Of a stretch of DNA of 64,000 nucleotides, positions 24,694 through 33,977 are shown one piece after another. Made by a program: the position numbers and the translations under genes. The stretch spans positions 164,670 through 228,669 of the forward strand of contig JAHDGU010000001.1 in assembly GCA_020627535.1 (NCBI GenBank), read 5' to 3'. Positions within the stretch are counted from its first letter, which is position 1; each line of letters begins with the position of its first letter. The notes beneath the pieces are model-generated. The model ran no database searches. It saw only the letters and a list, made by a program, of their open reading frames with translations, and was not told where the DNA came from. The stretch is from Saprospiraceae bacterium. GTDB taxonomy: Bacteria; Bacteroidota; Bacteroidia; Chitinophagales; Saprospiraceae.

Positions 24694-26025
24694 ATGATTC
24701 ATTCTGCTACCACTTCCACGTATCTTCACATCGTGAATCTACCTGCATTTATCGCGAGACGTACCATCTTCCCTAAGGGAAAAAGTTTTGCAGGTTTCAT
24801 CATGCGCCTGGCCATCATCGCATATGCCCTGAGTATCGCTGTGATGATCATTGCAAGTGCACTCATTCGAGGGTTCAAGAAGGAGATTAGCCAAAAGATG
24901 TTTGGCTGTTGGGGACACATTCATATCGTCAAGACGACCAGCAATCGCAACTTTGAACAAGACCCTATCAAGCTCGACGATGCTTTTTATCCATCTCTTG
25001 AAGAGACAGAGTCTGTGAGATATGCGGAGGTCATCGAGGATGACCTCGAAGCTGATCCCATCTGGCGAGAGACCAAAGGAGGCATTCGAAAGATCCAGGT
25101 CTTCACCAATCTTCCAGGAATTATCGTCAGGGGTGATCAGTTTGAAGGTATGATCTTGAAGGGCGTGGACCGTGACTATGACTGGGAATATTTTGAGCGA
25201 CAGCTAGTCCATGGGTCTACTCTTGAGCTGCCTCGAGATAGCCTTACAGATCAGTTGATGATCAGTAAGACCACGAGCGATCGGATGCAAATCGACACGG
25301 GAGATGCTGTTGTCGTACACTTCATTCGCAATCGCAAAGAAGTCAGGAAACGCTTTCGAGTATGCGGCGTCTACAGCACAGGTCTCTCAGATTTTGACAG
25401 CAAGTTTGCCTTGATCGATATGCGCAAGGCAAGAGAGATTTTGCAGTGGGAAGACAATTGGATCGGTGGATATGAGGTTTTTGTAGATCACCTTGAAGAT
25501 GTCGAGCCGATCAATGACTACATCTATGGTGATGTCATACCTCATGATCTGTACTCGGAGAGTATCAAGACGAAGTTTCCCAATATTTTTGATTGGCTAG
25601 AGCTGCAAGACATCAATGAGTGGGTCATCATGGGCCTCATGCTCATCGTAGCCATGATCAATCTGGTCATCATGCTGCTCATCATTATCCTAGAGCGCAC
25701 ACAGATGATCGGTGTGATGAAGTCGCTAGGTGCACGGGACACAAGTCTGAGACGAGTTTTCCTGTACAAGGCTGCCATTATCATGGTGATAGGTACACTC
25801 CTAGGTAATGTGATCGGTATCGGTCTTTGCAAGATTCAGCAGTGGACCAAGTGGATCAGCTTGAATGAAGAGAATTACTTTTTGGATTATGCACCAATTT
25901 ATCTTGATCCCTGGATCATCTTGCTGATCAATGTGGGAGCCATGATACTCTGTTTGTTGATTTTGATCATACCGAGCACGTTGATTTCGCGGTTGACACC
26001 GAGTAAGGTGCTGAGATTTCGGTGA
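24694..26025 (+). CDS. FtsX-family ABC transporter permease (LolC/LolE-like)
   Basis: The N-terminal NLPAFIARRTIFPKGKSFAGFIMRLAIIAYALSIAV matches LolE-type N-termini. The C-terminal FtsX domain has four transmembrane segments. The real start is probably the ATG at 24694 or the GTG at 24733; the ORF-track start at 24625 overlaps the tyrS start. No ATPase partner gene is adjacent. Confidence 0.75.
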   Translation: MIHSATTSTYLHIVNLPAFIARRTIFPKGKSFAGFIMRLAIIAYALSIAVMIIASALIRGFKKEISQKMFGCWGHIHIVKTTSNRNFEQDPIKLDDAFYPSLEETESVRYAEVIEDDLEADPIWRETKGGIRKIQVFTNLPGIIVRGDQFEGMILKGVDRDYDWEYFERQLVHGSTLELPRDSLTDQLMISKTTSDRMQIDTGDAVVVHFIRNRKEVRKRFRVCGVYSTGLSDFDSKFALIDMRKAREILQWEDNWIGGYEVFVDHLEDVEPINDYIYGDVIPHDLYSESIKTKFPNIFDWLELQDINEWVIMGLMLIVAMINLVIMLLIIILERTQMIGVMKSLGARDTSLRRVFLYKAAIIMVIGTLLGNVIGIGLCKIQQWTKWISLNEENYFLDYAPIYLDPWIILLINVGAMILCLLILIIPSTLISRLTPSKVLRFR

Positions 26026-26153
26026 GATTCTACTCTAAGTTATGTGTCTGTCAGACTTGCATGACGACTTTGTATAAGGTCTGATGAGGTATTTAACAGA
26101 ACCTTTCGAAGGTCATATATTAATCGATGGCCCAATCATGATTAACTTGGTCA

Positions 26154-26843
26154 ATGGTGACTAGAATTTTCTTACTGCTGTCTTTTTTGCTTGTATCCGG
26201 ATTTGCTAATTGCCAATCTTCTATCGAGGCATCAGTTTCAATTTGGTGTGAGATCATGAATCCTTCTTTTGAAGAGGCAGGTAGCGACTCAGGTCAATTT
26301 AATATGACTGGGAAGTCAGGTGAGTTTGGTCATCTCTCAAGCTGGACAAACTGTGGAGATGTCAATCAGTCACCTCCTACCTTGCATACATCTGAGGACG
26401 GGATATTTAATGTAAAGACTACTGCAAGTCACGGAGACCACTTTTTATCTATGGTTGTGCGTGATATAGAGAGCGTAGAGCGAATTTCTCAAAAGCTGAT
26501 AAAGCCGCTTGAGGCGCAGATGAGCTACTATCTAGAGCTAGATCTGGCCATGGCCGCTAAAATGAAGAGTGCAACAACCAGATCACAAGGCAAGGAACTT
26601 TCTTTTGATAGAGCCTGCATACTCAGGGTCTATTGTGGTATGAGTGATTGTGATAAAGCAGAACTACTGACACAGACCAGTTTGATTGAGCAAGAAGATT
26701 GGACAAGGGTACGGTTGGAATGGAGCGCAAAACAGGCGTGCTCACATCTTATTTTTGAAGTCTTCTACGACATCCCAGTCCTCCAAGGCTACAACGGAAA
26801 TATGCTCATCGACAATTTGAGTCCGATTTATGTCATTGAGTAG
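26154..26843 (+). CDS. Hypothetical secreted protein, possibly with a CBM4_9 / galactose-binding-like fold
   Basis: The signal peptide is MVTRIFLLLSFLLVSGFANCQS. An NPSFEEAG...W motif is reminiscent of CBM4/9 N-termini. The gene sits in an AT-rich islet. Confidence 0.45.
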   Translation: MVTRIFLLLSFLLVSGFANCQSSIEASVSIWCEIMNPSFEEAGSDSGQFNMTGKSGEFGHLSSWTNCGDVNQSPPTLHTSEDGIFNVKTTASHGDHFLSMVVRDIESVERISQKLIKPLEAQMSYYLELDLAMAAKMKSATTRSQGKELSFDRACILRVYCGMSDCDKAELLTQTSLIEQEDWTRVRLEWSAKQACSHLIFEVFYDIPVLQGYNGNMLIDNLSPIYVIE

Positions 26844-26858
26844 CAGGACTAGCGAGCA

Positions 26859-27416
26859 TTACTCTTCACAGTCTCCATAGCACTGATCATAGATGGAGCA
26901 ATAGCAGATTTCGATATTTCCCAATAGCTCCGCAAATACTTCATGTGGTATGGGGACGGGTAGTTCAAGTTTAAGAATATCGAAGCTCTCTTGAGGTGCC
27001 ATCACCCTGTTGGAAGCATCACCGAAGGAAAGATTTTCTGGTTGATACTCTACGAGTTTTTGCAATAGCGTCTTGTAGTCCGATAGAACGACCCCTTCCG
27101 AGATGATATTGCAGCTTTTGATTTTGGCTGGGCCAACGCCCTTGTTTTCGATGGCAATATGGATCTCTTGTCTCCCATTTTTGGTAATGAGTCTGGTGGC
27201 TGTAGTGACATGTGGCCACACAGATCCCTCCTGCTGAGAGGCCATGATCTCTTGCTGTGACTTCAATATCTGCGTCTGCTTGACTGCAATGATCACAGCA
27301 CCGAGACTCATGAGCAAGGCCATGAAAGCTATGAGATCTGATCTGCTAATTCCTTTCTGATTTGTCATGATCAAATAATATGAAATGTGCCTCTCTTGTT
27401 TGCAGATTGTCAACAA
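26859..27416 (-). CDS. Hypothetical single-pass membrane protein
   Basis: One transmembrane segment (LIAFMALLMSLGAVIIAV) is present. Homology is unknown. The gene is AT-rich. Confidence 0.4.
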   Translation of the reverse strand: MLTICKQERHISYYLIMTNQKGISRSDLIAFMALLMSLGAVIIAVKQTQILKSQQEIMASQQEGSVWPHVTTATRLITKNGRQEIHIAIENKGVGPAKIKSCNIISEGVVLSDYKTLLQKLVEYQPENLSFGDASNRVMAPQESFDILKLELPVPIPHEVFAELLGNIEICYCSIYDQCYGDCEE

Positions 27417-27419
27417 ACA

Positions 27420-27847
27420 CTATGCAAGTAGACCATCTCTTTGATAGAGTTTAATGGCCTTTTCAATCATACTCTTGATCTCAGAATGCAAGGCATCATC
27501 CAAGTACTTGATATGAAAGCAAGACTTGCCTTTCTTCATTTTGCTGAGTTCACTGGATAGATTTTCAAAGCTATCTGGATTTGTATAACTCGGGTAGAAG
27601 TAAAATCTTACATCCTTCTCCTTTGGCACGAGATTGGAAAATAAATACCCTCAACCATTTTCTTACCCTGTGGAGCCTCTATGGTGCCATGCACTTCAAA
27701 ATTTGTGGGCTTATCTACTCTCACTCTGAGGCTACTGGGATGGCTCAATAGCATCGCTTTGAGGGCCTCGCGTATCTCTTGCAGATCTTTTGTCATACGA
27801 CGAATATAGCCCCAAAAGTCTTGAAGCTTACTGACAGCCCAGATCAC
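27420..27847 (-). pseudogene. DUF1801 (YdhG-like)-type small protein split by a single-nucleotide frameshift at a T4 run
   Basis: Two overlapping ORFs (27608..27847 and 27420..27629) in different frames together give about 145 aa. The N-terminal part LQEIREALKAMLLSHPSSL...HGTIEAPQGKKMVEGIYF and the C-terminal part VRFYFYPSYTNPDSFENL...KKGKSCFHIKYLDD...IEKAIKLY fit the DUF1801 profile. The frames join across ATTTATTTTCC (around 27637-27647). Confidence 0.4.
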
Positions 27848-29162
27848 TCAGACTCTGGAAGTCTGCATTGGGGAAGCAGTTGCCACTTGGAAGCTCCTCT
27901 GGTACAAATCTGTCTAGCTCGTGATCGTAGAGTGCTTTCTCTATGAATGTCGTGAGATCACTGATCTCTGACTCTGTCAATCCAAGAGGTGTAAAAAATG
28001 GACTGACATGATCAGATGGTACACGATCATTGTCTATCTCGGCATCATTGAAGTAACGTACCACACTTTCTATATCTGGGTGACTTGCGCCATGAAAGAA
28101 ATGGTCATTACCAAACAGGTTGTAGAGTTGTGGAACACGAAACTTGAACATGTCCTCCGCTCTGCCAGTGAATCCTCCTCTACCGAGGTTCTTTTTGTCA
28201 TCAGCATCTGTGAAAAGTGCGTCAGAGTTTTGCCAGAGATCATTGACTCCTAGCGCGTGGAAGCCATCGCTTCCGAGATTGGGCCCATTGTGGCATCGTG
28301 CACATCCCGCCTTTCCAAAGAATAGGGTGGCACCTGCTATTTCCGTCTCTGTCATGGCATCTTCGTCACCTCGAAGATATTGTTGAAAGCCTGCCCTTGA
28401 TGTGGTGAGACTTCTGATATATGCACTGAGTGCATGACTCAAGCTAAGATTGTCATATCGCTCACTCACGGGTACATCAGCAAAGGCCAAGTCAAATAAC
28501 TCCTTGTAACCAAGTTCTGTGATAAGCTCTTCATCAATGCTCATTCTATGCAACTTGATGCCTTCAATATTTTGAGACTCTATGGCTTCAAAGCCAAGAT
28601 CATTCACCTGTGTCTCTTCAAACTGTCTCCAGACATCTTCGAGTCCTGTGTTCACACCGCCACTGCCAAATTGTCCATTCCAAAGGGTGTTGCTCACAAA
28701 GGCACTATTCAGCACTGAGAGTGGTCTGATGCCTTGTGCATCGATCTGATTTTCAGCGTAACCGCCATTGAGCACTCGACCGTCTCCGTCATCACCAAAT
28801 CCTAGTCCTCCATCGGCAATTCCTTGTGCTCGACCAGGTCTGAAACCCTTATTGGCCACATGACAGCTAGCACAGCTGTATGTATTGAGACCAGCGGTGT
28901 GAAATGCTTCTCCTCCTATACCAGTTTCATGGAACAGCATCATGCCGAGTTCTACCTTCGCAGCATTGAGCGGATTCCGGTCATCTGCAGGGATGGCTGA
29001 GAGATCGACGTGATCTGGAAGGATATAATCATGATAATCACCGCTTGGAGCGGTCGATGCGATGAGGGCAAGTAAGCTGTCATCTTGTACAGACACCGAT
29101 TCATGGGTGCATGAGGATAACAAGAGCAGACTTGCAAGTGTGCTTAAGGTCAGATATTTCAT
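27828..29162 (-). CDS. Di-heme cytochrome c peroxidase (CCP/MauG family), lipoprotein
   Basis: Two CxxCH heme motifs (CASCHVANKG and CARCHNGPNLG) are present. The lipoprotein signal is MKYLTLSTLASLLLLSSC. Confidence 0.85.
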   Translation of the reverse strand: MKYLTLSTLASLLLLSSCTHESVSVQDDSLLALIASTAPSGDYHDYILPDHVDLSAIPADDRNPLNAAKVELGMMLFHETGIGGEAFHTAGLNTYSCASCHVANKGFRPGRAQGIADGGLGFGDDGDGRVLNGGYAENQIDAQGIRPLSVLNSAFVSNTLWNGQFGSGGVNTGLEDVWRQFEETQVNDLGFEAIESQNIEGIKLHRMSIDEELITELGYKELFDLAFADVPVSERYDNLSLSHALSAYIRSLTTSRAGFQQYLRGDEDAMTETEIAGATLFFGKAGCARCHNGPNLGSDGFHALGVNDLWQNSDALFTDADDKKNLGRGGFTGRAEDMFKFRVPQLYNLFGNDHFFHGASHPDIESVVRYFNDAEIDNDRVPSDHVSPFFTPLGLTESEISDLTTFIEKALYDHELDRFVPEELPSGNCFPNADFQSLSDLGCQ

Positions 29163-29205
29163 GGTCAAGACTAAACGTCCTAACGACAAAATTAAGACCA
29201 AAAAT

Positions 29206-30474
29206 CTACGCGTCGAATTTTAATAGCACTTTTTCTATAATATCGCAGCACTCATGCAATTGCTCTTCCGTCATCACGAGCGGTGGTGCAAATCGTATGA
29301 TATTCCCATGAGTAGGTTTGGCCAGGAGGCCTTGATCTCTCAAGGCTATACAAATATTCCAGGCAGTCTTGCTCTCAGGGGAGTCATTGATTACCACAGC
29401 ATTGAGCAAACCTTTGCCCCTGGTCAGCGAGGCAATATTGGTCTTGTTCACTACCCCTTGCATCCTAGCACGGAAGATTTCACCTAGACGCTGTGCATTT
29501 TCTGCGAGTGCTTCATCTCTTACGACTTCAAGCGCTTCTTTGGCTACTGCACAGGCTAGTGGGTTTCCACCAAATGTGCTGCCGTGCTCTCCGGGCTTGA
29601 TGCACATCATAATATGATCATCTGCTAATACAGCACTCACGGGCATCATGCCACCGCTCAAGGCCTTGCCCAAGATCAAGATGTCTGCTTTGACTTCGGG
29701 GCGCTTTTCGCAGCTCTTGTTACAGTCGCAATTGCCACAAGTGGCTAGTAGCTTGCCGGTTCTTGCGATTCCTGTCTGAACCTCATCTGCGATGAATAGA
29801 GCATTGGCTTCTTCGCAGAGCTTTTTGGCGGAAGCCAGATAGCCCTCATCAGGGACGACCACACCAGCTTCTCCCTGTATCGGCTCCACAAGAAATCCTG
29901 CGATATGAGGATCTTGCAGCGCAGTGCGCAATGCTTCAATATCATTGTAAGGCACGAGCTCGATCCCTGGCATGTAAGGACCGTACTCATTGCGTGCATC
30001 TGGATCGACGCTTGCACTGATCACTGCCAGGGTGCGGCCATGGAAGTTTTGCTCGGCAAAGATGATCTTGGCGCTGTGCTCAGGGATGCCTTTCTTTTGG
30101 TAAGCCCATTTGCGGCATAGCTTCATAGCGGTCTCTACAGCTTCGACACCAGTATTCATCGGAAGAATCTTGTCATAACCAAAGTACTCGCTCATATACT
30201 TCTCATACTCACCTAGCTGATCATTGTAAAATGCTCTGGAGGTGAGTGTCAGAGTTTCCATCTGTCCCTTCATGGCTGAGACGAGTCGAGGATGACAATG
30301 CCCTTGATTGACGGCCGAGTAAGAGGACAAGAAATCAAAGTACCTCTTGCCTTCTACATCCCAGACATAGACGCCTTCTCCACGGGATAGGACGACTGGA
30401 AGTGGGTGATAGTTGTGCGCTCCGTACTTGTCTTCGAGCTGCATCAGTTCTTGGGAAGTCTTGGTCTCAATCAT
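29206..30474 (-). CDS. rocD: Ornithine aminotransferase (class III PLP aminotransferase)
   Basis: The N-terminal MIETKTSQELMQLEDKYGAHNYHPLPVVLSRGEGVYVWDVEGKRYFDFLSSYSAVNQGHCHP is canonical for ornithine aminotransferase. The motifs ILGKALSGG and STFGGNPLACAV are present. It contains an unusual Cys-rich insertion (see findings). Confidence 0.9.
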   Translation of the reverse strand: MIETKTSQELMQLEDKYGAHNYHPLPVVLSRGEGVYVWDVEGKRYFDFLSSYSAVNQGHCHPRLVSAMKGQMETLTLTSRAFYNDQLGEYEKYMSEYFGYDKILPMNTGVEAVETAMKLCRKWAYQKKGIPEHSAKIIFAEQNFHGRTLAVISASVDPDARNEYGPYMPGIELVPYNDIEALRTALQDPHIAGFLVEPIQGEAGVVVPDEGYLASAKKLCEEANALFIADEVQTGIARTGKLLATCGNCDCNKSCEKRPEVKADILILGKALSGGMMPVSAVLADDHIMMCIKPGEHGSTFGGNPLACAVAKEALEVVRDEALAENAQRLGEIFRARMQGVVNKTNIASLTRGKGLLNAVVINDSPESKTAWNICIALRDQGLLAKPTHGNIIRFAPPLVMTEEQLHECCDIIEKVLLKFDA

Positions 30475-30658
30475 AATCTTAAAAGTACAAAGTAGTCTTG
30501 CATACATCCCTGTGAAGTGTATCTTCCTATCAGATTTTTCCTCAACTCGATCAACTACTAGAAATCATCGACCAATCAAGCCATCCGCTGAAACTTAAAA
30601 CCATAGAAATGGCATTGATTTTAGTAATCCTTAACACTTTTTCAAAAAGCTAGAAACC

Positions 30659-31195
30659 ATGACAATCATCGATATTCTCTTTTGGATCTCCATCTTCAGC
30701 GGTGGTTTACTTGTACTGATGCTCTTGCTTTCTATCTTCAGTGGTCTTGATCTCGACATGGATGTTGATCTGGATACAGGTGATGGAGACGTCAGCCCAG
30801 GATTTGGTTTGACCAAATCGATATTGACACTACTCTCTGTCGGTTCCTGGGTCACTAAAATCATGATCGCCAAGGAAATCAATGTCGTAGTTGCACTACT
30901 GATTGGATTGGCGGCCGGTGGTATAGCCATCGTTCTTTTTGTCCTGGTCTTCAAATTTTTCTTGAGCCAAGAAGAGGAAGTGAATTGGGATGTAGCCGAT
31001 GCCATTGGCCAGAGAGCCAAAGTCTATGTCACAGTGCCTGCTGACGGCAAAGGGATCATCCAAGTCATGCTCGGCGGGACTAAGAGAGACCTATCGGCAG
31101 TATCACTTGATCATCAAAGCTTCCCTACAGGCGCAGAGGTCCTCATTGTGGATCGCAATGATGATCAGATGGTCGTCACAAATACAGATTCTTAA
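30659..31195 (+). CDS. NfeD-family membrane protein (OB-fold C-terminus), flotillin partner
   Basis: N-terminal transmembrane helices are followed by a C-terminal beta domain (GQRAKVYVTVPADGKGIIQVMLGGTKRDLSAVS). It lies immediately upstream of the flotillin gene. Confidence 0.7.
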   Translation: MTIIDILFWISIFSGGLLVLMLLLSIFSGLDLDMDVDLDTGDGDVSPGFGLTKSILTLLSVGSWVTKIMIAKEINVVVALLIGLAAGGIAIVLFVLVFKFFLSQEEEVNWDVADAIGQRAKVYVTVPADGKGIIQVMLGGTKRDLSAVSLDHQSFPTGAEVLIVDRNDDQMVVTNTDS

Positions 31196-31225
31196 ATCCT
31201 ATCACTATACCAAAAATCAATCATT

Positions 31226-32776
31226 ATGAACACACAACTGCTCATTCTCTTAGGAGGCGTCCTTTTTCTTTTCCTCCTCGTAGTTATCTTTTTTGTCAGC
31301 AGATACAAGAGATGTCCATCAGATAAAATTCTTGTAGTCTATGGGAAGACCGGAGGTCAGCAAAGCTCTAAGTGCTACGCTGGAGGCGCCAAGCTTGTAT
31401 GGCCAGTGATTCAAGACTACAAGTACTTGGACCTCACGCCTCTGAGTATAGATGTCAATCTGCAGGATGCTCTGTCCAAGCAGAATATCCGGGTAAGCGT
31501 GCCGTCGCAGTTCACAGTCGGTATCAGCACCAAACCGGATCTCATGCAAGCTGCTGCCGAAAGACTTCTCGGCCAAACGAGATCTGATATCTCTAGACTT
31601 GCTCACGATATCATCATGGGACAGATGAGACTCGTCATCGCCAATATGGATATCGAAGAACTCAATACTGATCGCGACAAATTTGTCCACAGTGTGTACG
31701 ATCATGTCGGTGCGGAGCTTCATAAGATCGGTCTGGATCTGATCAATGTCAATGTCACGGACATCCATGACGAATCTGGCTATATCTCAGCTCTCGGAAA
31801 GGAAGCTGCGGCAAAAGCCATCAATGATGCTAAGATCAAGGTCGCCAATGAGGTCAAGATCGGTAGTATCGGAGAAGCTCAAGCCGTACAGGAGCAGCGT
31901 ATCAAAGTCGCAGAAGCGAACACGCAGGCAGAAATTGGTGAAGCCAATGCCGAGCAAGAGCAACGTGTGCAGGTTGCTGGTGCCAATAGTCGAGCTGAAA
32001 TCGGTGAAGCTGATGCCCTGCAGAGCCAGCGTATCCAAGTCGCAGAAGCCAATTCCAAGGCAGAGATCGGAGAAGCAGACGCGAGAGCCAATGCTACGGA
32101 GGGTAAGAACTCTGCAGCCATCAAAATTGCCAACTCTGATGCTGCCCGCGATATTGAGATGGCAGAAGCACAGCGAAAGGCAACGGCTGCACGCAAAGTC
32201 GCTTCAGCAAAGGCGCTTGAGGAGGCCTACAAGGCAGAAGAAGCAGCTGAAGTTGCTCGAGGCTTGAAAGAAAAGGCAAAGCGTGAGGCCGATGAGGTCG
32301 TCATCGCAGACATCGAAAAGCAAAAGGCTGTGATTGCTGCACAGGCAGAAGCGCAGACGCAGAAGGAAATCGCAGAGGGAGAAGCTGCCGCGATCCTCGC
32401 CAAGTTCAAGGCACAAGCAGAGGGTACAGAAGAGCTGCTCCGTAAGCAGGCCGAAGGATTTTCCAAGCTCGTGGAAGCTGCAGGTGGAAGCGCCAAAGAT
32501 GCAGTAGGATTTCTGTTGATCGACAAGCTCACTGAGTTGGCGAGTATCCAGGTAGAGGCCATCAAGGAAGTAGACATCGACAAGGTTGTCGTCTATGACA
32601 ATGGATCTGGAAAGGGTGTCGGCAATTTTGTCCAGGGACTATACTCTATGATGCCACAGCTCAATGACTTCCTTAACCAGGCAGGGATGAGTCTGCCAGA
32701 TGGCTTGATCAAGCAAGCTGAAGAGGCAGAAGAGGACGAAGAGTCTGAGGCAAGTGCACAGACACAGCAAGGATAG
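31226..32776 (+). CDS. Flotillin / SPFH (band-7) family protein
   Basis: An N-terminal transmembrane segment precedes the SPFH domain. The coiled-coil region has about 3.5 tandem 17-aa (51-bp) repeats AEIGEA(N/D)A.Q.QR(I/V)QVA.AN.., at roughly 31860-32100. Confidence 0.85.
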   Translation: MNTQLLILLGGVLFLFLLVVIFFVSRYKRCPSDKILVVYGKTGGQQSSKCYAGGAKLVWPVIQDYKYLDLTPLSIDVNLQDALSKQNIRVSVPSQFTVGISTKPDLMQAAAERLLGQTRSDISRLAHDIIMGQMRLVIANMDIEELNTDRDKFVHSVYDHVGAELHKIGLDLINVNVTDIHDESGYISALGKEAAAKAINDAKIKVANEVKIGSIGEAQAVQEQRIKVAEANTQAEIGEANAEQEQRVQVAGANSRAEIGEADALQSQRIQVAEANSKAEIGEADARANATEGKNSAAIKIANSDAARDIEMAEAQRKATAARKVASAKALEEAYKAEEAAEVARGLKEKAKREADEVVIADIEKQKAVIAAQAEAQTQKEIAEGEAAAILAKFKAQAEGTEELLRKQAEGFSKLVEAAGGSAKDAVGFLLIDKLTELASIQVEAIKEVDIDKVVVYDNGSGKGVGNFVQGLYSMMPQLNDFLNQAGMSLPDGLIKQAEEAEEDEESEASAQTQQG

Positions 32777-32800
32777 AACACAGTCGATGCGGACGTGTGA

Positions 32801-32830
32801 GGTCGGCGCCACTAGGCGTCGGCCTTTTTT
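32801..32830 (+). terminator. Rho-independent terminator for the nfeD-flotillin unit
   Basis: A 10-bp stem (GGTCGGCGCC / GGCGTCGGCC, with two G-U pairs) and an ACTA loop are followed by TTTTTT. The hairpin overlaps the last codons of the convergent coaE. Confidence 0.5.
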
Positions 32831-33411
32831 AGTTGAGTCAAGAGCCACACGTGGCACTCGAGTACCTGCTGGATGAGACCCTGAGTGCCATCATTGTATA
32901 TGACCCAATCAGCAAGTCGATCCTTTTCCTCTTGTGACATTTGTTGGGACATCCTTGCTCTGACCTGCTCTTCTGATAGACCATCTCTCGAGATGACCCT
33001 CTCAAGTCTGACCTGCTCAGGTGCAGACACAGATATGTTGTAATCCATTCGCTCGTGACCGCCTGTCTCAAAGTGCAGGGCTGCTTCATTGATGACATAC
33101 TTCGAGGTCTGGGCTTTCGCCCAAATGTCAAAATCTCTGCGCACAGCTGGATGCACCAGCGCATTAAGCCCTACAAGTAATTCTTGATTGCCAAAGACTT
33201 GCTGTCCAATGTATGCTCGATTCAGCTCTCCATTGTTGTCATAGGCATCGTTTCCCAATAGACCAGTGATCGCTCCTACAAGCTCAAGATCCTTGGTCAT
33301 CAGCCTCTTGGCCTTTTTGTCGGAAAAATAAATGGGTATACCCAATACCTCAAATACTCTGGCAACTGTAGACTTTCCTGCTCCAATACCTCCAGTGAGA
33401 CCTACTCGCAT
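32812..33411 (-). CDS. coaE: Dephospho-CoA kinase
   Basis: The P-loop reads MRVGLTGGIGAGKSTVARVF. Length is 199 aa. Confidence 0.9.
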   Translation of the reverse strand: MRVGLTGGIGAGKSTVARVFEVLGIPIYFSDKKAKRLMTKDLELVGAITGLLGNDAYDNNGELNRAYIGQQVFGNQELLVGLNALVHPAVRRDFDIWAKAQTSKYVINEAALHFETGGHERMDYNISVSAPEQVRLERVISRDGLSEEQVRARMSQQMSQEEKDRLADWVIYNDGTQGLIQQVLECHVWLLTQLKKADA

Positions 33412-33420
33412 ATCAAAAGA

Positions 33421-33888
33421 CTACTGAAATAAGCCGATGATCCCAGCTCCAGCTCCAAATAGTATCATGATGAGAAATGTACCTCCATACAGCGCGAGGA
33501 AAATGATGAGGAGTACGCCTTGAAACTTGAAGTAAGATTTGAGATTTTTGAATGATTCGGTGAGGCTCATATCATCTTCATGCTCTAGTGCCATTCTCAT
33601 CTTGGTAGCAAACTTGTAGAGGTACAGATAAAACCAGATGAAAAGCCCTATGAAAAGCAGCATCGGGATTACCATCAAGATGGGAGCTACACCTAGTCCT
33701 AATTCACTAGCAGCACTGGCCGTGCCCATAATCGCACCGAAAAATAAATAAATGATAGCGATGAGACCGAACAATACAAAGCCCGTAATGGCAATAAACT
33801 TGGACCACTTGGCTGCGGAGTTGAGATATGTGCGTTTTTCTTGGTCGAGAGTCAGCTGTGACTCGTAGGAGGATTCTACGTTTTCCAT
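33421..33888 (-). CDS. Hypothetical multi-pass membrane protein
   Basis: Four predicted transmembrane helices. No recognisable domain. Confidence 0.5.
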   Translation of the reverse strand: MENVESSYESQLTLDQEKRTYLNSAAKWSKFIAITGFVLFGLIAIIYLFFGAIMGTASAASELGLGVAPILMVIPMLLFIGLFIWFYLYLYKFATKMRMALEHEDDMSLTESFKNLKSYFKFQGVLLIIFLALYGGTFLIMILFGAGAGIIGLFQ

Positions 33889-33977
33889 TATTGTTTGTTT
33901 AGTGAATTATCAGTGATGGGACATTAAATCATTGACTTGGACTCGTGCCGCCACACGCAAGGTAAGCAAATCACTCG

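Noticed and set aside
26026-26153. Short GTCTGTCAGAC palindrome after the FtsX gene as a terminator
   Set aside because: The stem is 5 bp with a 1-nt loop and no T-run, which is not a credible hairpin.
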